This document shows, in pieces, positions 21,406 to 33,605 of a DNA stretch of 64,000 bases. Below the pieces are notes generated by a model, which saw only the letters and a program-made list of their open reading frames with translations, did not search any database and was not told where the DNA came from. The stretch comes from Candidatus Bathyarchaeota archaeon (lineage in GTDB: Archaea; Thermoproteota; Bathyarchaeia; Bathyarchaeales; Bathycorpusculaceae). Numbering within the stretch: the first letter of the stretch is position 1; each line of letters begins with the position of its first letter. The stretch lies in NCBI GenBank assembly GCA_963775895.1, contig CAVZKL010000027.1, positions 1 to 64,000 on the forward strand, given 5' to 3'. The position numbers and the translations under genes are program-made.

Positions 21406-21529
21406 AAATCAGCTCACCAAAGCATTTTTGCCAAGCCAACGCCTGATGGCACGCGTGCTCACAGCTTTTTACATCTTCGTAAACTTTTTCAAGTTTTGAT
21501 TCACGCTGGTCAGCTGGCGCATGTAGGCC

Positions 21530-22707
21530 TTAATCAGTTCTTGTCACTTCGCCATAGATATGCTCTAACTTGTCAACGGTATTCTCCAAAGAAAAATCGT
21601 TCCTAACCATTAACCTACAGTTTCTGGAGAATTTTTCAGCCAATTCAGTATCGGAGAGCAGGGTACAAATTGCCTTGGCTAAGGCGTAATACGTTGGTGG
21701 AGTCACATAGCCCACATTACCGTTTATCCAATCCAATGTGTCTCTCAGAGTTGTCGTAATTATGGGAGTCCCAACAGCGCATGCTTCCAGAAACGTCACA
21801 GGAAAACCATAGAATGAAGGTGTAACGAACATGTCAGCATCCACAAAAGCAGCAAGTTTATCCTTGCTATTGATAAAACCGGTGAATAAGACGGAATCAG
21901 ATGTGCCTGCCGAATCTACTAAAGACTTGGCCTCGGCTAAATACCCATCGTCTGGTCCAGCTATTACTAGTAGTATATTGTCACATTTCATTTTCTCAAT
22001 CATGTACGCATGGGCTTTGATCAGAAGGTCTATTCCCTTAGTCTTGTGAATTCTGCCCAAGTAAAGTATTATCTTCTTGTCATCCTGAATGTTGAACCTC
22101 TTCTTTGAAAGAACCCTTGGGCGGCAGATCAGCATACTTTGACAAATCTATTCCATTAGGTACAACTACAATTTTGTCATCTGGCACACCAGAACGCCTA
22201 TACTGTTCAGCTTCAATTCGGCTGAGAGCGATAACTTTCGCAGCATCCCTCAATAATCTGTGACCAAAGAAAACATAATAGAGCCACTTTCTGCCCTTCC
22301 TGCCTATCTTGGGCAGAGAACCATGAGCTTGAAGAACATAGGGAACGCCGTATTTCTTTGCAAACCTATGAACAATTATGTTCTGATAAGTTGTATACTC
22401 GTGAGTGTGAACAACATCAAACGATTTCAAGTCAGACTTAATTTTCTTAGGTAATTCGGGCGTTATGAAAAGCTTCGACTGCTTAACAAAAAACATCGAC
22501 AAGTTACTGAAATAGTGAACCCTCATTCCTTCAACTTCATCACTTTCAACATCAAGCTTGTCCCCCAAATTCCTAGCATCAGAAGTAAAAACAACAACTT
22601 CATGGCCTTCGCTTCACCAATTCCTTCCCAACATCAAACGCAACCTTAACAGGACCCCCAAAAGCCTCGGCCGGATCAAGATACGGAGTTACGAATAAGA
22701 CTTTCAA
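21530..22707 (-). CDS. GT4 family glycosyltransferase; two frameshifts
   Basis: TTG at 22707 gives MKVLFVTPYLDPAEAFGGP; then AHGS, VVPNGID, LYLGRIHKTKG, FLEACAVGTP. Confidence 0.85.
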
Positions 22708-22747
22708 GGTTCAGAAACTCGTCTCTCTGTCAGCGCGCGCATTTATG

Positions 22748-23978
22748 TCAAGACGCGTATTTTGAAGAAGCGACTGAAGCCAAAACTGTGTACATTCGTT
22801 CGCCAATCTTTTCTGACGTCAAATGCTCCGAAACGTAATGTCTGCCGTTTATTCCAAGTTCGGCACCCAATCGTCTATCCGTGCGAAGTCTAGTCACAGC
22901 TTCTGCAAAACCACCTGCATCTCTAGGTTTAACAATAAGGCCTGATCTACTTGTCTCAACGTACCTAGCAGGTTCTCCATCAGAAACACAAACAATAGGC
23001 TTACCATAAGCTTGATACTCAAAAACCTTAGTCGGAAGCCCCAAATCCACAAAACTCATAGTAGCCATGGGAAGCACAAAAACATCCGCAGAGCCCAGTA
23101 AGGAAGCCAGCTCATCCTTAGGCAAAAAACCACGTATTCAAAACAACATTCTTAAGACCAAGCTCACTAATTGTCTTTTTTAGCATCGGAGCCAACTCGC
23201 CAACACCCCTGATAACGAAGACAACATCTTCATTTTTAGAAAGAAGCCTCGCAGCCTTCAAAACGACATCAAAATCATAACCTAAACCCAAAACCCCAGA
23301 ATACATAACAACAAAACGACCCTTCGAATTCTTTTCAGTGCTCAAGGGTTTAACACTCTCAACACCGACCTCAATGACGTGCACTTTATCTGGAGAAACA
23401 CCGTAGTCACCAACTATTTTACGCTTATATCCCGCGCTTATGGGCGTAATGGCTGCAGGAACGACATAAGAGAGCCAAGCCAGGAAATTCAATACTTTCC
23501 GCGCAAACTTGGGCTTTATATATCCCAGCTCGTAAAAAACCTCAGGCCACAAATCATCCACATTTCGCACAATAGGCACATGCTTGACAACGCCATAAAC
23601 AAAACTAGGAAAGAAAGAAAACAAGTTAGGGTTAGCGCCCCAAACCACATCAACCTTTCCTACGAAAGGTAAAGCAAACAGAGAAGAAACAACAAAACAA
23701 AAATGCAAAACAATCCTCTTTAACGGATTGCTATGTGGCAAAGCAGGAATCCACACACGATAAACCATTGCAGCACCAAACCTTTCAGAAACAATAGCCT
23801 TACGATTATACTGGCTTGGAACTTCACCATGCGGATAATGCGGAAAAGCAGCCACAACAGTGACGTCGCAACCGCTACTGAGCAGCCCATTTACAACATT
23901 AGTTGCCCTCGTGCTACCGCCGCCCATGTCAGGAGAAAAATATTGGGCTAGAACCAAAACCTTCAAGCGATTAACCAT
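22748..23978 (-). CDS. GT4 family glycosyltransferase (WbuB-like); frameshift near 23125
   Basis: QYFSPDMGG, FPHYPHG, DLWPE, YSGVLG, PTKVFEYQAYGKP. Confidence 0.85.
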
Positions 23979-24040
23979 AGCGACGACAGTTTTGGATGCA
24001 GCTCTGTTATCGCACGCTTGCATTCCAACGGACATGTAAC

Positions 24041-25007
<967 letters not shown>

Positions 25008-25021
25008 CTACCTTCCACCAT

Positions 25022-26044
25022 CTATTGGGAAACTTCTTCTAGAATTTCATATCCTTCACCTACAGGGTCTAAACCAGCTTTTTGCATGTCCGCATCCACC
25101 ATTATTTTTATCAGTTCCTTAAATCTAATCTTCGGATTCCAAGCTAACTTTTTTCTAGCTTTACTTGGATCAGCAACCAACTCTTCAGTCTCAGTAGGTC
25201 TAAAATACCTTGGATCAATCTTTACATATTTGTCAAACTGCAAATCGACATAAGAGAAAGCTTGTTCAACAAACTCTCTAACCGAATGCGCTTCACCTGT
25301 CCCTAAGACAAAATCCTCTGCGGGGTTGGTTTGTAATATTTTCCACATAGCCTCTACATATTCTGGTGCATATCCCCAATCACGTTTTGCATCAAGATTC
25401 CCAAGATAAAGAACATTTTGTTTCTTAGCCAAAATGTTCGCTATCGCTCTTGTTATTTTTCTGGTCACAAAAGTTTCACCTCTTCTGGGAGATTCGTGAT
25501 TAAACAAAATTCCATTGCACGCAAATAGGTTGTACCCTTCCCGATAGTTAACCGTCGTCCAAAACGCATGGACTTTCGCAATTGCATAAGGACTCCTCGG
25601 CCTGAAAGGCGTTTCTTCGTTTTGAGGAGGGGGAGAACTCCCAAACATCTCACTACTGGACGCTTGATAAAACTTCACATTATTTCCACTTCTTCGAATA
25701 GCTTCCAAAATCCTGGTTGTGCCCAACGCAGTGACGTTTCCTGTATATTCTGGAATATCAAAACTTACTCGGACATGACTTTGAGCACCCAAATGATAGA
25801 CTTCATCTGGCTTGATATTATAAATTATGTTTGATATTTGCTCAGCATCCGAAAGATCCCCGTAATGAAGAAAGAATCTCGCCCCAGGTTCATGAGGATC
25901 TACATAGATATGATCTATCCTCGCAGTATTGAAGGTACTAGCTCTTCTAATTATTCCATGCACTTCATAGCCTTTTGAAAGCAAAAGTTCTGCTAAATAC
26001 GAACCATCTTGTCCAGTTATTCCAGTAATGAGTACTTTCTTCAT
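25022..26044 (-). CDS. gmd: GDP-mannose 4,6-dehydratase
   Basis: [58 protein letters not shown]. Confidence 0.95.
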   Translation of the reverse strand: MKKVLITGITGQDGSYLAELLLSKGYEVHGIIRRASTFNTARIDHIYVDPHEPGARFFLHYGDLSDAEQISNIIYNIKPDEVYHLGAQSHVRVSFDIPEYTGNVTALGTTRILEAIRRSGNNVKFYQASSSEMFGSSPPPQNEETPFRPRSPYAIAKVHAFWTTVNYREGYNLFACNGILFNHESPRRGETFVTRKITRAIANILAKKQNVLYLGNLDAKRDWGYAPEYVEAMWKILQTNPAEDFVLGTGEAHSVREFVEQAFSYVDLQFDKYVKIDPRYFRPTETEELVADPSKARKKLAWNPKIRFKELIKIMVDADMQKAGLDPVGEGYEILEEVSQ

Positions 26045-26108
26045 CAAAATCTTCCTATGATATTTTTCCGCGCGCGCGTTGCGTCCACCGGTAACCAGGA
26101 CCTTTAAC

Positions 26109-27188
26109 TTAGGCAAATTCTTCCCTCAGTACTTTGACTATTTTCTTGCCTGCTTTTCCGTCTCCAAACGGATTCTTCCAGCCCCGATCCTTGTTAAGCA
26201 TTAGTTCTGCTTTCTTGACTATTTCAGCCGGATCTGTGCCTGCTAAGGCATTGGCCCCAACCTCTAGAGTTTCCGGTCTTTCCGTGTTGTACCGCAGGGT
26301 CACACATGGGACGCCGAGAATGCAGGCTTCTTCCTGAACGCCGCCGGAATCTGTCAGGACAAGCTTGGCATTGCTCTCAAGCTGTAGAAAACTCAGATAG
26401 TCTAAAGCTTCAACAACTCTAATGCCGTTCGCCGCTAGATTGAACATCTCAAGCTGCTTCTTAGCCCTCGGGTGAATCGGATACACGACAGGAAAGCCGA
26501 ACTTTTCCTGAACCATTTGCAATCCTTTCAGGATACCGTGAAATCTAGCTTCGTCGTCAACATTCTCTTGTCTGTGAACCGTGGCCAACGAGTAATTGCC
26601 ATCTTCGATGCCTAACACGCCTGAGACTTCTCCCTTCTTCTTTGAGATTTCCAGGTTTTGGTAAACAGCATCAACAATAGTGTTGCCAGTCACGAAAATC
26701 GTGCGAGCGTCCATTCCTTCGCCAAGCAATATTTCTCTCGCTTTTGCAGTTGGGGCAAACAACAAGTCTGAACAATGGTCGGCCAGAACCCTGTTTATCT
26801 CCTCCGGCATCTCACGGTCATAGCTTCTCAAGCCAGCTTCCACGTGTCCAACTTTGAAGCCTAGCTTTGCGGCTGCCAAGGCCCCAGCCAGAACTGTGTT
26901 GGTGTCGCCTTCAACCAAAATGACATCGGGCTTCTCCTGGCTCAATACCTTCTCTATTCCAATCAGCATCTTTCCAGTTTGTTCAGCATGTGTTCCGGAG
27001 CCCACGTCGAGATTATGGCGTGCTTGAGGCAATTCAAGCTGTTCAAAGAGTACCTCGTCCATGTTGTACGAGTAATGCTGGCCCGTGTGAAGAATAGAAT
27101 AGTCTAAGGCAAGGCGTTCACATTCTCGGATGATCGGCGAGAACTTGATAATTTCTGGCCGAGTCCCCAAGATGATTGAAATCCTCAT
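26109..27188 (-). CDS. wecB: UDP-N-acetylglucosamine 2-epimerase (non-hydrolysing)
   Basis: [42 protein letters not shown]. Confidence 0.95.
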   Translation of the reverse strand: MRISIILGTRPEIIKFSPIIRECERLALDYSILHTGQHYSYNMDEVLFEQLELPQARHNLDVGSGTHAEQTGKMLIGIEKVLSQEKPDVILVEGDTNTVLAGALAAAKLGFKVGHVEAGLRSYDREMPEEINRVLADHCSDLLFAPTAKAREILLGEGMDARTIFVTGNTIVDAVYQNLEISKKKGEVSGVLGIEDGNYSLATVHRQENVDDEARFHGILKGLQMVQEKFGFPVVYPIHPRAKKQLEMFNLAANGIRVVEALDYLSFLQLESNAKLVLTDSGGVQEEACILGVPCVTLRYNTERPETLEVGANALAGTDPAEIVKKAELMLNKDRGWKNPFGDGKAGKKIVKVLREEFA

Positions 27189-27532
27189 CTTCGAGTTTCT
27201 CTCTTGTTCCGTGCGGTTATTTTTTGACTCTCCACGGCTCTTTTGACTTTTCCGATTCTGAAAATAACTGTTCCGCCATGGGTGTAGGGCTCGCCCGGAT
27301 CGACACACTGAATATATGCATGTTCTCTATCTCTTGGCTTGGACAGACCCAACTTGACCGGGTCAGCCCCTTGTTCTAATGCCAACACATGATGCAGCAA
27401 AGAAGAAAGAGCATGGGTACACAGAGCGTCTGTCTCCTCCAAGACAATGGCAGGGTCATCGACGGTTATCTTGTCGCCAACCTTGTAGACGGGACAGCGA
27501 CCTCGCACTTCACAGACCTCAATCTCAATCAC
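27185..27532 (-). CDS. Small Cys-containing protein, TIGR04076-like
   Basis: EVRGRCPVYKVGD...LCTHAL...CVDPG...GGTVIFRI. Confidence 0.7.
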   Translation of the reverse strand: MIEIEVCEVRGRCPVYKVGDKITVDDPAIVLEETDALCTHALSSLLHHVLALEQGADPVKLGLSKPRDREHAYIQCVDPGEPYTHGGTVIFRIGKVKRAVESQKITARNKRETRR

Positions 27533-27547
27533 GCCGATGCGCCACTC

Positions 27548-28510
27548 TCATTTTTTCCCATTCGTCCTCTGTGCAAGCCTCGCAATCGCGTACAATGTTA
27601 TGGAAGTTGACAGCAGGAAGAACCCTATCAGCACGAATGCAAGTGAGGCCAACGCAATGTTCGTTACTATGTGACGTTCTGCACCGTAGATCTGAAGCAT
27701 CCAAACCCCAAAAAAAACTCCTATCATCAGGGATAGAACACCAGGTATTCCCATAAACACCAAAGGACTGTCTTCAACTACGAGCTTGACGATGGACATC
27801 AATACGCCAACGCCGTGCCTCACCGGGTTGTGCACATGTTTCTTTAAGTCTGCTCCGTAATAGCATGTTGCTGGGACCTCTTGAATTCTTAAACCGTTTT
27901 TTCTGGCGCTCATCAGGATTTCTACGCTTGCGCCCATGCCATTTTCTGCCACGACCAGCTTGTCTAGGCATTTGCCGCTGTAGGCTCTCAACCCGCATTG
28001 AGCATCCCCCACACCCTGCTTAGTGTTGTTAGCGCGCGCTACAAGTCGTGAAATGAATTTTATGCCGGCTCTCCTGTACCAGGGCATAACACTTGGCAAG
28101 TGTTCATCGATGAACCTTGAACCGAACGTGATGTCGGCCGCACCGTTCTTTATGGGCTCGACAACGTTTGGAATATCGCGCGGATCATGCTGGCCGTCAC
28201 CATCCAACGTGACTAGGATGTCAGCATCCAACTCTCTGGCCCGTCTGAACAATGTCTGAATCGCCGCGCCGTAACCAAGGTTCTTCTCATGTCTCACCAC
28301 GTCAGCTCCTAACCCCTTCGCAATCTCCCCCGTCAAGTCCGTTCCGCCGTCGTCACAGACCACAACCTTGTCCGCATACTTCTGAGACTGCAAAACTACC
28401 TTCGCAATAGTCTTCTCTTCATTAAAAGCTGGAATCCCAACCACAACGAAGGGTTTCAAAGCAGCTACAGCTTCAATCTCAATATTATGGCTTTTTGAAA
28501 TCTCTACCAT
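27548..28510 (-). CDS. GT2 polyprenol-phosphate glycosyltransferase-like, with two C-terminal TM helices
   Basis: IPAFNEE, DDGGTD, NLGYG, LDGDGQH, GSRF, DAQCGLRAY. Confidence 0.9.
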   Translation of the reverse strand: MVEISKSHNIEIEAVAALKPFVVVGIPAFNEEKTIAKVVLQSQKYADKVVVCDDGGTDLTGEIAKGLGADVVRHEKNLGYGAAIQTLFRRARELDADILVTLDGDGQHDPRDIPNVVEPIKNGAADITFGSRFIDEHLPSVMPWYRRAGIKFISRLVARANNTKQGVGDAQCGLRAYSGKCLDKLVVAENGMGASVEILMSARKNGLRIQEVPATCYYGADLKKHVHNPVRHGVGVLMSIVKLVVEDSPLVFMGIPGVLSLMIGVFFGVWMLQIYGAERHIVTNIALASLAFVLIGFFLLSTSITLYAIARLAQRTNGKK

Positions 28511-28514
28511 ATTC

Positions 28515-30101
28515 TCAACCTACATAAAGGTAAACTGAAATCCGATCAAAACTCGTCAATCGAACAAAACTGCTTGGAACAGTAATTCCGTACCAGCCTA
28601 TGTCCGTGTTCCACCATATAAAATACAGTGTGTCGAATCCGTGTGCATTCGCAGTCGTAATCGCCGCATGAAAATCATTCTTGAAGTCAACAATCGTGTG
28701 CGTGTTATCCAAATAGAGTTGACTCCAATAATAAAACGCGTCTTGAGCAAGAAAAGCAGAGCTGCTGCTCATTCGGGTATTAACCCATTTCAAAGCGTTA
28801 ACTGCTGAATCAACGTCAATCAGTGGCAAGCTGTTGCTCTGCATTGAAGATGGTATATAGTTGACCGTTGTTGGAAGACTGACCACTCCAATGCGTCCAT
28901 ACAACAAAGGACAAGCCATAAACACGAACCCCAAACAAGAAGAAACGACAAGAAGACTTTCTGCAACACGCTTCGAAATCCTCAGCCAATTCAATCTTAT
29001 CCAAATCGGACGTGCACTTAACCCGCCTGCGTGCAAGACCTTGCCAATTCCGTTAACCACAAAGAAAGTGAAGGGATAAACAAGCATGAGCATCCATCTA
29101 CTCCACATGTCCGGAGCAAACCACGGCACAACCAAAGCCCCAAACCCTCCAACAAGAAGAAGCCCAGACCAGAAAACCAGAAGCCTGTTTCTGAAGAAGC
29201 CAACCAAGACCAACGGCAGAACCAGAGCAAACAACAGAACGAAAAGAGAAAACACATGCGAAAACAGAACCAAATATGAAGAGTAAGATTGAACAGTGTC
29301 AAACACGCTGAGATAGTTTGTGAAGAGACTGAAGACTCCGTGATAATGGCCAGTTATTTGGTAAGCAGTGAGAACATTCTCGGGTGGAGCGGCATAAGCA
29401 ATGGGAAATGCCAGGAAATACACTTGCCCCAGAAGCACGGCAAGCGCGGGCACAAAGAATCCTAGAACCCTGATTGCAGTTAATTTCGTTTCCTTCAAGG
29501 CTGTGAACGCGACAACACCTAAAACGACAATGAACAGGATAATCGACGTAAACTCGTGACTGAACATTACAAGAACCGAGAATAACACGAAAAACAAAGA
29601 AGCCTTCACGCTCTTGCCAACATCCTTAAGGAACGCAAGAGCAAAAAGCAAGAAACCTAAGCCTAGCATGTTTCTATAGAATTCCCACGAAATTGCCAAT
29701 GCTGCAATCTGAAAGGAAAAAACCAAACTGCTAAACAAAGCCTTCCTATCCGTCCAATTCAAAGCTCTCTTAGCAAAATAGTAAATGCCACACGTGTTCA
29801 ACCCAAAAAGCAAAGGCGCCGCCACTTTCAAAACCATAAACGGGTCTCCCAGAACAAAATTCTGAACCGGAACGAGAAACCCGTACAGCAGCCACGAAGA
29901 GAAAACCTGTGACCAATTATACCATACAACACCTGTCCTAATTCTCCAAGCATAGTAAACAGTGTCAAAACCAATAGCATGAGGATAAGACAACAGTTCA
30001 GGCACAAGCCTGATAATAAACCCTACAAGAAAAGCAATAACTAGAGCCTTCCAGCCAGAAGCTCTGAAGTTAGAAAAGAAACTTGTCACTCTGGAGCTCA
30101 A
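28515..30101 (-). CDS. Polytopic membrane protein (possible GT-C fold transferase or polymerase)
   Basis: About 12 hydrophobic segments, GFDTVYY loop after the first TM, soluble C-terminal domain; start inferred from overlap with the upstream stop. Confidence 0.7.
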   Translation of the reverse strand: MSSRVTSFFSNFRASGWKALVIAFLVGFIIRLVPELLSYPHAIGFDTVYYAWRIRTGVVWYNWSQVFSSWLLYGFLVPVQNFVLGDPFMVLKVAAPLLFGLNTCGIYYFAKRALNWTDRKALFSSLVFSFQIAALAISWEFYRNMLGLGFLLFALAFLKDVGKSVKASLFFVLFSVLVMFSHEFTSIILFIVVLGVVAFTALKETKLTAIRVLGFFVPALAVLLGQVYFLAFPIAYAAPPENVLTAYQITGHYHGVFSLFTNYLSVFDTVQSYSSYLVLFSHVFSLFVLLFALVLPLVLVGFFRNRLLVFWSGLLLVGGFGALVVPWFAPDMWSRWMLMLVYPFTFFVVNGIGKVLHAGGLSARPIWIRLNWLRISKRVAESLLVVSSCLGFVFMACPLLYGRIGVVSLPTTVNYIPSSMQSNSLPLIDVDSAVNALKWVNTRMSSSSAFLAQDAFYYWSQLYLDNTHTIVDFKNDFHAAITTANAHGFDTLYFIWWNTDIGWYGITVPSSFVRLTSFDRISVYLYVG

Positions 30102-31369
30102 TCGTCTCCAACCAAGGTTCGCGCGCGCGATGTGGGACGTGTGATCGTGCCCTTCTTGTCCGTCTTCAACCACTTGTGTGGTCTTCGTAGCACAATGAGC
30201 AGCATCGCATAGAACGCGATGAAAGCTTGGGCACTCCAATAGGCGTAGATGAACGGGACCCAGAGCAGGTCCAATGCTTTTCTCGGTTTCGAAGAGTAGA
30301 GCAAGGCTAAACCGCAAGCAAACATAGTGGCTGTCGCAAGGATAACCGTGAATTCCGTGATAAGATACAGAAAAGTGCCAAGTGGAAACGGCATCAACGC
30401 CACAAAGGAACCCGCAAAGTAAGCCAGCAAGGATGCTATCAACACAAACGGTCCGAACAGGGTCATTTCGGCATCAAAGCTCTTTTTGCTCGGCTTGGCC
30501 ATCAATCGACCATACTTCATTGCGACTTCCATGGTTCCTCTGTACCAACGAGCACGCTGCCTGAACAACTGCTTCAGGTCACACGGGCTCTCCTGCCAAG
30601 ATCGAACGTCCGGGGCATACTTAATCTTGTAACCTTTTTCGGTTGTTTTCGCTGAAAGTTCCATATCCTCAGACAGGGCGTTTTCGTCGAAGCCTTCCAC
30701 TTGTTCCAAAACATCTCGCCTGATGAACTGGCAGCTTCCTTTCAAATGGACAAACAAGTTCAGAGCGTCTTTGCCGCGCAAATACGTCTCATACCAAATG
30801 TCCTCCTCTCGTGAAATCATTCTTGTCAACATGTTTTCTTCGGAGTTGATCGACAACGTTCGACCCTGAACTGCCGCCACCTGCGGATCCTCAAAATACC
30901 TAGAGACATTCAGCAAAGCATCGCTAGCAGGAACACTGTCCGCGTCAAAAACCCCGACTATCTCGCCCTTTGCACACGTGATACCAGCATTCAGAGCCGA
31001 AGGCTTTCCATCCGAAAATGGTCTTTGAACAATTCTTATGTTCAACCTCTGCTCTCTGGCAAAAGCTTCACACACACCGACACTTCTGTCGGTTGAACCA
31101 TCCACAACGACTATTATCTCCTCCTTATCAGAAGGATAGCTCATCTCAGTCAAAGCGTTCAGCAATCTGCCCACCACTTTTTCCTCATTTTTCACGGGCA
31201 CAATAATCGAAAAGACTGGCAACGCTTCTCTTTTAGCAGACTTCCTACGCGACTTTCTTTTGCTTTCGCGAAGGTTCTTTACGCCTGCCACCAAAATCGG
31301 AAGATTGTAGAACGACCAAGCGTAGACGATGAGGAGTGTGCAGACTAATCCGATATACGGCCAGATCAA
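30098..31369 (-). CDS. Processive GT2 synthase (cellulose synthase/PgaC-like)
   Basis: D,D,D,QxxRW set: VDGS, FDADS, SED, QRARW; flanking TM helices. Confidence 0.9.
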   Translation of the reverse strand: MIWPYIGLVCTLLIVYAWSFYNLPILVAGVKNLRESKRKSRRKSAKREALPVFSIIVPVKNEEKVVGRLLNALTEMSYPSDKEEIIVVVDGSTDRSVGVCEAFAREQRLNIRIVQRPFSDGKPSALNAGITCAKGEIVGVFDADSVPASDALLNVSRYFEDPQVAAVQGRTLSINSEENMLTRMISREEDIWYETYLRGKDALNLFVHLKGSCQFIRRDVLEQVEGFDENALSEDMELSAKTTEKGYKIKYAPDVRSWQESPCDLKQLFRQRARWYRGTMEVAMKYGRLMAKPSKKSFDAEMTLFGPFVLIASLLAYFAGSFVALMPFPLGTFLYLITEFTVILATATMFACGLALLYSSKPRKALDLLWVPFIYAYWSAQAFIAFYAMLLIVLRRPHKWLKTDKKGTITRPTSRARTLVGDD

Positions 31370-31415
31370 AGTAATCGTTTTTGCTCTTTCAACTTTTCCA
31401 AAGTGTCCTCAATGA

Positions 31416-31802
31416 TTAACGGTCAATGACTCCGGACTTGTTGAGATTCATTATGGCCAGAAAATTTGCGAAGGAAATGTCGAATGCCCAGTTTCGAGCA
31501 CGTGTGTTGCCCCATTTCTGAGCTAAGGAACTGAGCCTACGGGCGAGCCGAAGTCCAATTTCTCTCATTATACGTGAGAAGGCAAGATTGTTCTCAGAAA
31601 CTCCCTCCAACTTGTTCACGACGGAGAAAATGGCTTTCGCCAACGCTGGACTGTGAACTCTGTCAGCAACCCTAATAGTCAGATTGACCAACACGCGATC
31701 GATTCTATTTAGATTTCTCAGCCATGAGCCTACTCTTTGTGCCCTCAACCTCAGCTTCAACAGCCCAGTTCTACCAAGAACAAAATTATCCTTTCCACTC
31801 AC
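31416..31802 (-). CDS. Basic hypothetical protein heading the glycan operon
   Basis: 128-aa ORF, Arg/Lys-rich, AQKWGNxxAxxW motif. Confidence 0.65.
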   Translation of the reverse strand: MSGKDNFVLGRTGLLKLRLRAQRVGSWLRNLNRIDRVLVNLTIRVADRVHSPALAKAIFSVVNKLEGVSENNLAFSRIMREIGLRLARRLSSLAQKWGNTRARNWAFDISFANFLAIMNLNKSGVIDR

Positions 31803-32001
31803 GCTATCCCTTCATGCATTCAAGATTATGCGCGCGCCACCTAACCTCCAATTTCTGTGAAGCAATCAGATAAAAGACTTGCGTACACAAACGTTTCCCA
31901 GTGTACGCCGCAAATCTTGGCAGATAGTGAAATCTTGTCCCAGCTCATAGAATGCATAAATCCAAGGTTTTATCTCCTCAAACGATGTCCTACTGGCTAA
32001 G

Positions 32002-32469
32002 GTGGGTCAGATGAAGGCAGAGATTGCAATGCACAAATTGGCTAGGAATTGTCTCGAAGCTGGAGAATGGAAAGACATGCACCTGCCCGGAGGATGGTTA
32101 GGCAAAAAAGTGTTCGGCAAAATTATCGCCTGGTTCTCTGGCGAAATTCCATCCACTCAGGTTGAACTAGTGATCGACGATGACGGTCTGTCTTTGAGGG
32201 ACTATGGAATTTCTGGAAGAATCGTCTACACTCCCGGGCACACGATGGGTTCAGTCAGCGTGCTGTTGGATTCTGGAGAGGCTTTTGTGGGAGATCTCAC
32301 AATGAACAAGTTTCCCCTCAGGCTTGGACCAGGACTGCCCACCATCGCTGAAGATGACCTCAATGTCAAGGAAAGCTGGAAAAAGTTACTGGAACTCGGA
32401 GCAACAACAGTCTATCCTGCACACGGAAAACCCTTCTCAACCGAAGTCATCAAGAAAGCTCTTAAGTAA
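32002..32469 (+). pseudogene. MBL-fold metallo-hydrolase, N-terminally truncated
   Basis: TPGHTMGS, FVGD and YPAHG present; the N-terminal HxHxDH motif is missing. Confidence 0.7.
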
Positions 32470-32605
32470 TACACCATAGGCATGAGTGTTGTATTCGCGC
32501 CAGCTGGCAAGTTGGAGATAAGACTGGGAAAGCCACTGCTCTTCTACACCGTCACCGTGAATGGCTGTCGCTCGAATACGTTTCCCTTTCACAAGAACAG
32601 CGTTC

Positions 32606-33037
32606 TCAGAAGATATTGCGTTTCCTTTTCTTTGACCCTTCTTGGGGCACTTCAGCTTCGCTTTGCTCAGGCTGCGGCAACACGCCTGCGCTAACGCCCT
32701 CGCCAGCTTCTTCAGAAATCTCTTGTACAGGCTCAGGAGGCGTCTCGCTTGGAGTGCTCTCTATTGCAGACGAAGTCTTCAGTTGCTGTTCCAAGATCGC
32801 TATCTTGTCCTCCAGTTCTTTCACTGCAGCATCGTGCGTACGCTTCTCTTCTTCAAGAATTTGGACAAGTAGATTCCTATCGATAGCGAGTTTTTCCGCG
32901 CGCGCTTTTTCCTCCAGAATCTTAGTCTTCTCTTCCAGCGATCTTCGTCCCTTTTCAAGGCGTTTGGATTCTTCTTCTGGTCTTGTCTTTGTCTGTTGAA
33001 GTCCCTGAAGGTTGTCTGTGTTGCTCAATTGGTTCAC
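32606..33037 (-). CDS. Coiled-coil protein with acidic/Pro tail and basic C-terminus
   Basis: Heptad E/K-rich segment; ends KKRKRNIF. Confidence 0.65.
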   Translation of the reverse strand: MNQLSNTDNLQGLQQTKTRPEEESKRLEKGRRSLEEKTKILEEKARAEKLAIDRNLLVQILEEEKRTHDAAVKELEDKIAILEQQLKTSSAIESTPSETPPEPVQEISEEAGEGVSAGVLPQPEQSEAEVPQEGSKKRKRNIF

Positions 33038-33192
33038 CTTGAAGGGTAGTTTCTGTTGAAGATATAATTGATTTATGAATTGGAACTATGTATCGCAGAT
33101 ATACTCAAGGGACGCGCACTTCAGCGCGCGCGTTGCTAGAGAATGAAATTTGATTGATTTCTCATAGAAAAAAGAGAGAAGAAAGAGCTGTC

Positions 33193-33447
33193 TTAGCTCT
33201 TTCCAAAGTTCTTAACAACTTCAGCAATGTCCCTCAGATCTATGCGTCCATCTAGGTTGAGATCACAGGCAGGATTCCATCTGGGATCAGACGGAAAAGC
33301 TCCAAAAGCTTTCACAACAAGTGCTACATCTTTCATGTCAACCTTTCCGTCACCATTGACATCACCTGCAATAGCATGTACCGAAGAGATGCAGAACACA
33401 GACATGAGGAACAGTAGAGCTATTCCGACAAGTATTTTCCGGTTCAC
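33193..33447 (-). CDS. Signal peptide plus single dockerin domain
   Basis: GDVNGDGKVDMKDV...WNPACDLNLDGRIDLRDI duplicated Ca-binding loops. Confidence 0.85.
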   Translation of the reverse strand: MNRKILVGIALLFLMSVFCISSVHAIAGDVNGDGKVDMKDVALVVKAFGAFPSDPRWNPACDLNLDGRIDLRDIAEVVKNFGKS

Positions 33448-33605
33448 GGGTTATCACCTCAAGATAACATACGTATGTTGAATCACTAAAGATTGTTTTC
33501 AGTTTAACGCGTTGAAATGATGGTTGAAGTCCTGTTGAATGAGTTTACTCTGTTGAAAGAGGGAATTTTGATTGAGCATGCACGCTAAAGTCTAGGCATA
33601 AAAGA

